Positions 12,101 to 24,100 of a stretch of 64,000 nt of DNA are shown piece by piece; the first letter of the stretch is position 1; each line of letters opens with the position of its first letter. The stretch spans positions 1,302,001 to 1,366,000 of the forward strand of contig JBNJNM010000010.1 in assembly GCA_052426225.1 (NCBI GenBank), given 5' to 3'. The notes under the pieces are model-generated. The model was given only the letters and a program-made list of their open reading frames with translations, had not been told where the DNA came from and searched no databases. The position numbers were made by a program, and so were the translations under genes. Origin of the DNA: Zancudomyces culisetae HAW-14-8. Its lineage: Eukaryota; Fungi; Kickxellomycota.

Positions 12101-12779
12101 TACTGTACTATGTAATTACCACCCTCTAACTATTATTACAGCTATTATTTCTATTGACAGCAGTGCTAGTATTACTACTACTGTCGGCAGAAACTTCTCT
12201 TCTAAAGCTTAAATGCCAGTATTGTCCCTAGAAAAAAAGCCTATTCCAATTGTATGGGAATTCCTAAACCGCTTGCACAAAAACCTTCGAGCCGTTCTTC
12301 ACACACAAAGAAGTCTGCAATCCTAAAAAATAAAATGAAACAAAAGTAAATAGAAAGCCCAAAACTAGACAATCCACAATATAAAGAAAAACACAATCTC
12401 AATAATGTAAACGGTTGAGCCAATCCTCGCTTGCGCTGTGAAGCTAATATCAGGTCTCTTTTACAAGTTATCCAATACCCATTCATTTTTTATTATAGCC
12501 ACCACAATGTATCACAGTATTTTTTTATATCTAGTTATTGTAGTAAAATTGGCGGCCGAGTCATGTAAGTAAGGAATAAGGTTTCAAGGAAATTAAGGGC
12601 GCTTGGCACCTTTTGATTAATATTATCACAGCTTTATATATCATACAAGAAAAAGGCGAGGGAAACAAACAATCTTCACAGAACCATGTTGTATATATCT
12701 ACAAACATATTGTTTATTAACTTTATTGATGGTTTTTTCTCACTTTGCTATTAGCTCTTTAATTATAAATCAATACAAT

Positions 12780-14088
12780 ATGAATGCAGAGGACTACATC
12801 AAAAAAATAAAACATAAATCACTTAGGGTGCCCCGCGAGCCAACCCCAGAAGCAATAGAACCCGAACAAGCTGCATGCAGACCCTCGATCTTAACCAGAA
12901 AAAATAGACACCATGATAGTTATATTACAAACACCGATAGCTATGACGATATTACACTGACGGTTATAGACCTTAAGGAGTGCCAGAAAGACAAAAAAAC
13001 TGATTCCGATGTACACAGTGATCAACACTCTTACGAAGCCCCTCAAGAAAGCAAACAGTCGTTTCTCTCAAAACTAAAGAAGGTCAGGTATAAAAATATA
13101 TTGCCTGTGGTGATTTACATTCTTGTTTTTGTGGTTTTTTCTATTCTGACGTACATTTACAGAGATGAAGTGGTAGAGTTTCTAGACAGCATGTCTACCT
13201 GGTTTGAAAAAATACATATTTGGTAAGTTCAAAAAGAATAGTTCTGTTTACTTTGAGAGTAGGTATATAGGAAACACACACGCATATATATATATATATA
13301 AATTTTTATCTCAATAGGGGCTATTTTTTAGTTGGAGGCGTGATATTTCTTCTTTCTTTCCCCCCAATGATCGGCTATGCTAAGGTTGTTTCGCTCTCAG
13401 GCGTAATATATGGGTTTCCCAAAGGATTCACCCCTGCATATATTGGTGCGCTGCTTGGTGGCGTAGCTTGTTTTATTTTGGCGAGAAAGTACAAAAAAGG
13501 ATACTTTAAAAAGCTGAGTGAGGCTAGCACAACGGTACAAGACTTTGTAAAAGTGACAGAAAAAAAGGGATTCTGGGTAAGTAGCAGAACTATTACTTCA
13601 ATAACTTCCAATTATTTCATTAAAAGCGCGTATATGTGATGTAATACAGTAATAAGCAATTTATAAAAAACTAACTAAAATTCAATGTAATTAAACTAAA
13701 TGAACAGCTTCTTTTGATGTTCAGATTCGCACCATATCCATACAGCCTCACTAATCTACTTTTGGGTTACTCAAGTATTGCATTTTGGTTATTTTTTGTT
13801 GCCACGGCACTTGCGCTGTCCAAACTGCTCATCCATGTTTATCTAGGATCTGTTTTAGTACAACTTCTCAGAAGTATGGGTACAAAGCATGCCGATGCCG
13901 GCATGGATGATACAGGAGGCAAAAAAAACGAAGGAATGGGCAACGAAATATACTTTATGATTGGGCTGGGAATTTACATGGTGTTGTCAACAATATTTTT
14001 CACTTGGCTGATGAAAAGAGAGGCGCGGAAAGCGAAAGAAAAGGAAAAAATTCAGCAGGACCAGAGTTACGACGTCGAAAGATATTAG
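12780..14088 (+). CDS. TVP38: TVP38/TMEM64 (VTT/DedA, SNARE-associated Golgi) membrane protein, ~360 aa; exons 12780-13222, 13318-13576, 13708-14088
   Basis: SFPPMIGY, GVIYGFPKGF...GALLG and FRFAPYPYSLTN motifs. Two GTAAGT...AG introns join three ORFs in frame. Confidence 0.85.
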
Positions 14089-14484
14089 CACATATGCATT
14101 CAGTATTTAGTATTTAACACTTATTATAGTTTTTTTTAATGTAACTATTGTATTGCAATCCGTTTTTAGTAACTCGGTTTGTCAGCTACACATTAATCAT
14201 AATTATTCATTTATATTCTAAAATGCATTTGTGGATAACCGTGGTGTAAAATCGTCAAGAAAAAACCAAAGTTAGTTTATGAAATAAACCCCTTGGATCA
14301 AATCAAGGTTTGGTATCTTGAAAAAAGCCTTGCAAATAAAAAAATACTATTGGTAAATGCGGTTGTGATGGTGGTGGGGATGAATGGTGGTTTACATACT
14401 CACTCTCCGCCTGTGGTAACCGAACAAAGTTATACACGGCTAAAAAATGCTCCAAAGCAGCAAGATGTGAGTGAAGGCCGAAAA

Positions 14485-17400
14485 TCAACACAGTTTCAAA
14501 ATTCTAACCAAACCAGTACTGTTGGCACTAATCATGGTGTCAGAATCCCTCTTCCAACAAACAGCACTGACAAAATTGTCCTTGTCAGGACCAGTGGTTC
14601 GAGTGGATCTGTCCTCAGGCTGTAAACCATCAAAGTTATAAGTAAGTACGGGTTTTGATAGGGAGCTGTTGTATGTATAAACTACATTATTCTCGCTTCC
14701 ACAACTAATCCAGTCGTCACCACACGAAGAAATGGCTAGGCCGACAAAGTTCTTCTCGTTGGTGTGGCCAACAAATGTTCGCAAGTCAGTTTGAGAAGCC
14801 AGATCCCACAGTTTCAAAGTGTTGTCTGTCGAAGCAGAAACTACCCTATTGTCTGACAGAAACCTTACATATGAAACAGCTTTCTTATGCCCAGAAAGGA
14901 GATACAGAGGATTCTTGGGCTGTCGTAGATCATAACAATGAATGTTGTGATCTGCAGAACCAAAAGCAAGCAGATTGCTATCAGATGGGCTAAATCTAAC
15001 AGAACACACGTTTGCCTTCCCTTCAAGAGTTAGTACAGAAGACCGAGACGTGGTAGACCAAACTTTAACCCTGCCATCGTCACCCCCACTGCATAGCCGT
15101 GTTGGTGCAACAGTCGAGAAATCAACAGACCAAGCACGCTTTTCATGCTCATTGTACTGGGCTGTAGAAGTACCAGTGCGGCAATCCCACAGAGTCACAA
15201 CACCTTCGTAATCTGAACAAGCCAGTTGTGACTTTTTTGCTGGGCTGTAGGAAAGGCAGCTTATTTTAAATCGGTTGCTAATCGTAAGTGAACATGAAAT
15301 GGGCGATATTACGCTGTGGTCTGCAGAAGATGATCCAGATTTTGGCGTTGAATAGCCATTAAAGCTCTCATGCTGTGAAGAAACTGCTGATTCATCGTTG
15401 TTTATGTCCGATTGGAATGGGTAAAATTCATCCGTATAAGACAGATGGTTATTACTTTCGAGAATTTCCTGGTTTTTTCGAAGCCACGAAACACGGTTTT
15501 TGCTGTACTTAGTTATTGTTGCCCACTGCTCCGCATCCTGAAGCACTTTTTCATAAGAATAAAGCTTGATTTTTCGAGTAACGCCAGCAACCGCAAAAAT
15601 TTCATTATCCTTATCAAATTCAATGCTAGCCACAATCGCAGAGCCCAGAGAATTATCGCCGTACCTGAACGTAGCTTTAGGAACAAATTGTGTATGTTTG
15701 GATATCCTGTTAAGTGTATTTGATAAGTTGGCTCTGTTTGATGTTAGCGCAGGTGGAGGGCCTCTGGTTCCAAAATACAAATCTTTCAGATCATCAAAAT
15801 GATCTATTATCCGTTTTTTTTGTAAATCTGTTAGCCCAACCCCACAATCATCTGTAGAGTTGGGTCCTAGCTCTAGTTGATCAATCAACTTGCTCGCTGG
15901 CACCTGTGCCACATCCTTGGGCTTTACCGTATTCATCAAATCGGTTTGCGACGATAGTGAATGTAGATCGTTTCCTACACACTTCAGTTCCAAATTCACT
16001 GCCTTGAGCTCTCTTTCCTTGCTTTTCTGTAGCAAAATAAGAAAATACCTCATTAGTCGTGTTTGCAGCTCCGTGGTTTTACCATCCACTTCTCTCCATT
16101 TATTTCCAACTATTTCTAGCAAGCACTCTACATGCTCCTTGCTCAAGTAAAATCCAGATTTTAATATCTTTTCGACATTATCAATTAGCTCCTCCCCGCT
16201 CCTAATATAGTTACGTTTCATATCGCGCATGGACGCAAACACCTCTATATCCTCCGTAATCCGATTAAGTGCAAAGTTTGGAAAAAGCTGCTCTTCCGAT
16301 ACTTCTGTGTGACAACATGGGCAATCATCTTCAAACTCCAGGTGATCTTTGATACAAACATAGCAAAATGTATGTCCGCAGATGGTCATAAACGCCTCTT
16401 TTATCCGTTCTAAACATATTGGACACTTGAGGTACTTTTCAACCCCCAGCTCGGGAGACGCTTTGGTTTCCTTTTTTTCTTTTTTTACGCTCTCTAAATC
16501 TACATTTACATCTACACTTTCGTCTTCACGTTTATTGCTATCGGTGGACTTCTCAAAAATTATCGGTTTCGAGATACAGCTGCTGTTTTTTGAAGCAACT
16601 TTCCCACCACCGTACTCAGTGCCAGTAGGACTTGTTTTTACCGTGTCAATATCAGTATGATCAGGTTCTAAATACATTTCCGTTTTTGATACCTTTACCC
16701 CATCATTTTCGATCAAGTTTTCCTCCGATCCCCCCGTCCGCTTTCTTTTGAGTGAATCGGATTTTGTAAAGGTAGCTGCTCTTGAAATGTCTACTGCATC
16801 GGCTCTATATTTCTCTTTACCAGACATTACGGAGGCAGACTTACCATTACTGATTGGGTTCAACTGAGTAACTATTAGTTGTATACACATATATTGGTAT
16901 AGTGATTTATAAAATAAGAGATAACCGGTTTTTAAGGTAATGATCGTACCTGGACCCTCGTTCATTTCATGTATCGTTTCGCCACTAGACACTCTCTCTA
17001 GAGTTTCCCCTGATTTTTGGATTTCTACAGCATCATGTTCAGGGGTGTAATTTGGTCATTATTGTTGTCAATTTCAACGTGATATATATATTTTTTGACT
17101 CAACATAAAGAAAGCCGCCATGTTTATTTAGTGTTTTGACATATTACTTACCGTCCCACTCTTGCGTATATGGCGCAGAGGCACGTTTTCTAGTCTCTTT
17201 TTTTTGTGCCTTGGAGTTTGAATTATTCAGAGAAGAGAATGAGCCTAGCTTGGTTGGAGATTTACTTCCAGAATACATTTCCCCAGCTTGTATTTTAAAA
17301 ATATTTGAGTACTCGTGAGCATTCCCAGAGGTCCGATCTCGAGATTGAAAAATAATACTACTTGTTCCAGTTTTGGGGGTGGATTTCCCATCTCCTACTT

Positions 17401-17656
17401 GTAAATGAGAATTATTTCTGTCTGCTATTTGTACACTGCCTTCTCCCGCAACTTTTAGAGTTTGTGAGTTTTCAACTAAATCTTTTGTAATATATACTGG
17501 TTTGTCGTGCTCGTTTTCGGTACAGGTAGATTCAATCAAGGTGCTTTGTGAAAAAGGCTCCTTTGATTTTTCTGAAAGCTGCTCGCTGTTTTGTTGTTCA
17601 TCGCTGTTGCCTTGCGTTTCCTTTTCATCCCGTAAGTTGTCTAGCTCTTCATCCAT
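14485..17656 (-). CDS. COP1: E3 ubiquitin ligase COP1/RFWD2 (RING, coiled coil, WD40), ~1014 aa; exons 17656-17152 and 17024-14485; possible extra 78-nt in-frame intron 16949-16872
   Basis: C3HC4 RING (CPIC...CGHTFCYVCI...CPCC). COP1 WD40 signatures: IVASIEFDKDNEIFAVAGVTRKIK, SDYEG, EHEKRAWSVDFS, ANVCSVRF, FGSADH, GHKKAVSYVRF, GHTNEKNFVGL, FVSAVCW. Phase-1 intron 17151-17025 (GTAAGT...TAG). Confidence 0.92.
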
Positions 17657-19974
17657 TTTTATTGAAAAAAGCGCAAAGAAAACTTTAGATTCATGTGTAT
17701 TGTTTCTCTTACACTGCTTTTCTAAAATTGGTTTAATTATTTCCAATACACTTTTTAGAGAGCTCTTTTTATTTTTGTTGGGAAATGTTTTATAATCTAA
17801 TAATTAAGTTTGGTTTTTTAATTTTGGGAAATTCTAGTGGTTAGGAGCAAAAATCAAGTAATCGGATTTTTGCAATAGTTAGAACAAAAAGTTACAAACA
17901 AAAACAATTTTGCTTCAGAGCATCATGTAACTCGGGATATCTATTATACAGCAGGATGTGTCAAATACAAAAAAAACCAACTTGTTAACATTTTATGTGA
18001 TGCCGTCGTGGCGTAGTATTTATGCACATCTTGGTTTTATCCACTATTAAACTTATTCATGGTACTGTTGCCATTTGCTATACACGTCCACCTCTTTCTA
18101 TTAAAATACTTTGAATACCCTCCTCCTTCTAACAATACACGCATTTATCGTTAAATGAAATCCCATTCAAAATTATGTTGTTTACAAGAAATAACAATTC
18201 ATCAGGACAGTGTACTGTTAATTTTTTATTGTTAACAGCAATTATTGACAGTATCAAAAATGCGAGCCATTAAAATCATCTCGCGTTCCTTTGCATTAAT
18301 ATCAAAGTAAACGGTTGTTGTGAATTTTCAGGTCACCACGTCGCTTTTTTATTTATTTATTTTATTTCTGAAGTCGTACCTAGTATATCATACTATTATG
18401 ATAGATAGAAAGAGAGAAATAATACATTTGACGTCAAAATTGGCTAGTGCATGTAAATTGAGGTGGATCTTAAATTCATGCAACTATCTAAAAGCATAGG
18501 TTATTGAGAGTTGGTAAATGAAGGAGGAGGGGATTCTGAGTAAACACACTTTTCCCCTTTTTAATGGTGACCAAATAGATTAGATCACCTACTGCTTACT
18601 GGGACTTGGGGGTCAGATCCTTAGATTTTTATAACAGATACTGTATAATGAAAGTGTATCATAAATGGTATGGAGTATTTTTGTTTCGTGCCATCCTTTC
18701 ACAATAAGCTCAGGATATACCACATAAACAATCGTTCAATTTTAACTCTAACCCACTTCCCCCTTTCCATTCTTTGCTGTACTAGCGATAGATACTTGAT
18801 CTCCTAATATCAGAAGTTGCGTTCAAAATAAAAAAAAGATTACATTTCTGGTGCAACTGTGCGTTTCGGTGCTGTCTTGGATAACTCATCACGATGGTTA
18901 GAGAAGTGCAACAATTAGTCAAACAAGATAATTGGTAATGTCAAAAATTGCAATACGGATAGATCGATATGCTCTCGCTCCTTCGCGCTTTTGAAGTGTC
19001 CATAATAATTCTGGGAATTATACATTCTTTATTTTATCTACCTTTGCCTGTGATTCGTAATCCAGTATTTCCAAATATTTGTTTATTATCCATAACCTTG
19101 TTTTAGGCTAATCGAATACTCGTTCTCTAAAAATAGACATATCTATTCGCCTACACGTAGTAAGACTTTTCTTTTCCATTATTTTGTTGGTGGACAAACT
19201 GGAATGCATAAATCTTTGATAAACAAACAGATCATACATCAATAAAATTGTAAATGCGAGATTTGTGGGTAAGTATAATTAGCACTGAATTGTTTGGCAA
19301 AAAATAGATTATTCCGCAAAACCAAGGCAAGAGTTCTGCAAATAAAAGCAATCAGAAATACTCTTTGGTATACTCTATTGGAACTTAAATAAGATTACTC
19401 AACTTGATTCACTACAGAACCCGCTGTTTTTTACGAGACAAATTATGTGTTTACCAAAAGAAGAAAAACATGAGAGGAGAGGAGAGGAATAGATAAAAAC
19501 AAAGCTTGGGTGAGGTGTGTTATCGGTTTAAACAAATGGCTAGTATCGCACCAGTGGTATCATACCCATTTATTGTTGATGTATCTCGTAATCAATTAGC
19601 CAAATTAAACTAGTGGTACCCTATTCCATCTAATATTACATTACCTCCAGCTGGTTTAAATATGTTTATGGAAGAGGAAAGATGTTTGGTGACGATTTTG
19701 AAAAATGCAAATTCAAAATGCGTTACATTGCGAGTCCTAAATAAAAAGGGAAAATATAATTCTTTTAATAACAGCTTTTGATATCTTATTATATTAAAAT
19801 GATTCTGCTTTTGTCGTTTGAATTCATCATTTAGGTATAGATATTTTTTTCAATAAAAGATATAGAAATAAAACTCAGTACCGCCAACCTAATGGTGTAC
19901 AATTACTAACTCTAGAAATTATTGAAGTTCATGCAGAAAAGCTTGTAGATAACCCAGAAAGTTAAAAAAAAATA

Positions 19975-22900
19975 ATGATAGAAAGTTTCGATTATAAAGA
20001 ATTGACTCTGGGCGATCCTGTGTATTCTAAACAAGAAAAGAGAGAGCTGAGAAAGATAAAAAATGTTTTGGGGCATCCAAAACTCATGAAGTATGTGGCT
20101 CAGGGTGACATGGTCACTGCTGTTCACGAACCACGTGCAAAGCGGGAAAAGAACAAATACAGCATTTCAAGGGATAAAGAGGTGCATGATACTATGAAGA
20201 AGATTGGGCTTGGGGAGGAAAATAGTGAAGAAAATGCATATGAAAAGAGCAAAAGGGAGCTAGCCAAGCAGGATGAGACGGATTTTAAAAAGCTAATAAA
20301 GAAATATAAAAGAGAATCCAAAGTGGATTATGATCATGTTGAAAATTTTGAAAAGCAGCTATCAAAAAAATATGATAGATACGGCTCGATATGTTCATTT
20401 AATTCTATAGACAATGATATCGGGGATGCGGAAATTTCGCTTGTTGATGGTGGTGCAACAACAACACGGAGTAGAAATGAGGTTCCGGATTTGGATTTAA
20501 GTTTAGATTTAGATTTGGATATTGATAACTTAGAGGATATTGTAAAAAACTATGAAGTTTATGGATCTGAACCAGAACTTAAAAATAAACAAGGAAGAAT
20601 ATGGGAAAATGAGCCTGGAAGTAAGCTGATTCCTGGAGCAAGATCTAAGGCTTGTTTCAAACTCAGTAGCAAGGATCCAGCTGATTTGAAGTTTGTGGAA
20701 CATCTCAAGCCAAAAGATGCTGCACAAGAGAAAAAAGAAACTGAAAAGAAAAAGCCCAAGAGACTTCTCAATTTGGCAGAGCTCTTGGGTGGAGGGTCAG
20801 ACGACGAAGAGGAAGATAATAATGTGGTTCCTGATGAGGGAGGTAATTCTCTGAATTTTCTTGACTTTCTACAAAAAAAGGACTATAAAAAATCAGTTTT
20901 AAGAGGGGATGACTCGCGAAAGTCAAGATTTAAAAGACAGGGAACCAACGAGAAGAAAAATGACGGAGGAAAAGGGACCCAGGGATACAAACTGGGGTTT
21001 CTGAATGAAATGGGTCAACTGGCAAGCCCTGAAGAGACATTGGAGCAACATGTATCCAAGGAGCGACAGGAAAGAGAGTTGAGGAAAGTAAAGCTACAAG
21101 AAGAAAGAGATAAACTTGCCCTGAACTCTAGGGAGAATAAAAAAGAGTTGATGGGAATATTTGAGCTTATCTCTATGGGAATGGAGTCTACAGAAAACAA
21201 CAAGGCTGAAGATGGGCAGGGCGTTAAGAAACCAAGTTTACTGATTCCAGAGAAGAAAAACAGTCTTGTCAATCATTTGAATGCAAAAAATGCAGCCAAG
21301 ACAAAAGACGAAAGAGCCCAAGCCCGCAAGTTTGAGCCCGACTTTTATAGCACTGAGGTTGGAGATGAAACCCAAGGAAGAGTGTTTTTTTCTGAGAGAC
21401 AAAGAGATGAATATGAGAAAAAAAATGGTCCTATATATTACAAAAAAGTCAATAAAAGAGGTTCGATGTGTTCTACAGATTCTGAATTTGAAGAAGTACA
21501 CGAGGATAATTACGGGAATGATGCTGACCCCCTGTCTAAACAAGGGGTGGAAAGTTATAAATTTCTACTGAGTGAGCAAATAGCCAAACAGAGGCAAGAG
21601 TTGGTAAATAAAACAAAGTGGATTGATGAGGTAGTTTTGGATGTTGGTGCCACAGGTGAATATCATGTCAGCAATAAACCAGAGGAGCTTGTATACAAGG
21701 AAATTGATGAGCAGATTATTAGGCAAAGAACTCCAAGAAAAGACAAGCGAAAAGAAGGGAGTGCTATCAAAAGAAATGAGGAACAGGTTATAAACAAGGA
21801 AGAGCGGGTTTTTGGAGATATTCTCACCGCAGGTCCATTGGATAGTACAAACGAAAATTCCAACCACGAAGACACCAATAAGACACACACAGATACAGAA
21901 AAAACGGATAGCAATGATAAACAAAGAGTATTGCAAATAAGTGGCTATGGGATAGAGTTGGTGCCACTAGGCAATGAGGAATCCAAGGATGTAGAAACTC
22001 CAAAAGAAAGTTACGAAAATGATATTATTGGTGGGGTTGTTGAAAATTATGTTGGTGGAGAAGTCATTTCGGATGATAGTAAAAATGGTGAGAAGGCACT
22101 TGAACCCGAGAGAAACGACAATGAGAAAATCCCCGGACCCGAGGTGGACATAGCCAAATACGCTAATGCAGAACAAAGGGATGTAGCTCCAGGTAGGTTT
22201 ATTTACATACCGAGTCTTTTAAACTTTGTGTAACTAATGGGGTTGTTCAGTCATTATACTTAAACCATAAGTATGAGAATACATTTATACCCTATTATAA
22301 AGAAAAGTGTAAAGGCGTGGATATTTCTAACGGACACCGTGATATCGACGACTAAGGCGTCAATACTACCTATATAGTATAAAATCGGTTAACAAAAATT
22401 AGTATTAAAATAAGAAAACCTATATAAAATAGATACAGGTGTACCAAAGGAGGCCGAGCACACCCAGATGCTAGGCTACCCAATCGGGGCACCCAAAGAG
22501 GTTGATGGTGTAGCACAAGCTACTGCAGCTAGAACAAACAGTGTTAATGGTAAGGATCATGAAAACATGCCTTCTGGTGGTATTAGATACAAGGCAAGCT
22601 TTTTGGACCTTAGTAGTGATTCTAGTTTTGATGAAACCGCGGAAAACATTGAAGAGGATGTAGAGAAAAGCGTGGATAGTGGGAGTAAAAATAAAAGAAA
22701 AAGAAAAAGTAAAGCAAGTAAGAGAAAGAAATCATCAAGAAAGTCGATGATTACATCTTTATTCACAAACAGGGATAGTGAAAATAAGAAACGCCTTGAT
22801 GTAGTAGACTCGATGGATGGTAGGATGCCAGGAGCACATACACACTCAGACTATTCCAGTGATTTTAGCATGAATACTGAGCGTGATAGAAACGAGACTG

Positions 22901-23757
22901 ATGATGGTACCGGGGTAGGTAGGCATAAGCGAAAAAGTGCTGGTGATGCACTTAAAGAATTACTTTTTAGGAGAAAATCTAAGGTCAGTTATAAAAAAAG
23001 ATCACTTCCTGAGAACATCTCAGAATTGGAGGAAGATAGTAACAGGGCACATTTTTTGAAAAGCATAAACGAAGATACAGGTGCGAAAGAGAACGAACCT
23101 AAAAATGAAAGAGATGACTCTGGAGAATATCTTTTAGAACAAAGCATAAACAATGGGTGGGAGCTAGTAGGAAACAAGAACGAATATAATACCGATGGGG
23201 GAAATGATGGTGATGATGAAAGTGATAAAAGAAACACACTCAATGAAACCCAAAATATTCCTTCAATGATAATGGCTGAACAAGAAGTTCCTCAAATGAA
23301 AAACAGCGAAGAAAAGGAGGAGGAGGAGAGGGAGAGGCAAGAAGAAGAGGGGGAGGGTGTGTTCATACCAAGAAGATCAAACCCAAACACTCGAAACAGC
23401 CAAGCTTACATCAGTACCGAAGATGATAATGCCACACTATTAACATTAAATGAAAAAGATGGGGACACACACGATGAAGAGCCGTCTTCACTGATTGATG
23501 AGTCTGGTAGCCACAAAACGAGAAATGGAAGTGGTGTTACTATTGATTATGACAGACAAAAAAAAGAAGGAAAGGGAGAGGAAGGAAAAGGTGAGGAAGA
23601 AGGTGAAGAGATGAGTACTACAACAAGGCCTGCTTATGCCAGTGGTGTTGACATACCCGAACATGGTGATGGTGTGGATGAAAAGACAGCGCCTAAGAAG
23701 AAAAAGGGCCTCAAAAAGTTATTTACAATATTTGGAAAAAAGAAGGGAACTGTCTAG
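19975..23757 (+). CDS. Hypothetical ~1180-aa K/E/D-rich, mostly disordered protein; exons 19975-22192 and 22433-23757
   Basis: Two long ORFs are joined in frame by a phase-1 intron 22193(GTAGGT)-22432(TAG). Probable 5'-UTR intron 19835-19915 with a TACTAAC branch point. No domain recognised. Confidence 0.65.
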
Positions 23758-24100
23758 AATAAAAAAATGTAGGTGGCAGGGAAGGTGGGGTGATTTCTAT
23801 AGTGTTTGTTATTATTGTTTTGTGTTCCAACTGACTAGTTAGATTTGGTTTATTAGCTTTATGTGTGATGGCCTTTCGTAACCAACTAAATATTTAACAT
23901 TTACAACAGCTATTGTGGCTAAATAGTTAAAAAGTGGGCGAAACTTGCAAAAAAAATAAAGAACAAAAAAAGAAAAAGGGGATGGATTGTAATTAATTTA
24001 TGGTTTGGTGATATCAAATAATAAAGTGAAAAATAAAAGTGCTGAGTATCTGAAAAAATAGGAAAAGGGCTAGGAATAAAATCCTATCAGAGAGTAATAA

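Noticed and set aside
18002-18016. GCCGTCGTGGCGTAGT, resembling a tRNA 5' end with an A-box
   Set aside because: No anticodon arm, B-box or 3' acceptor strand follows.
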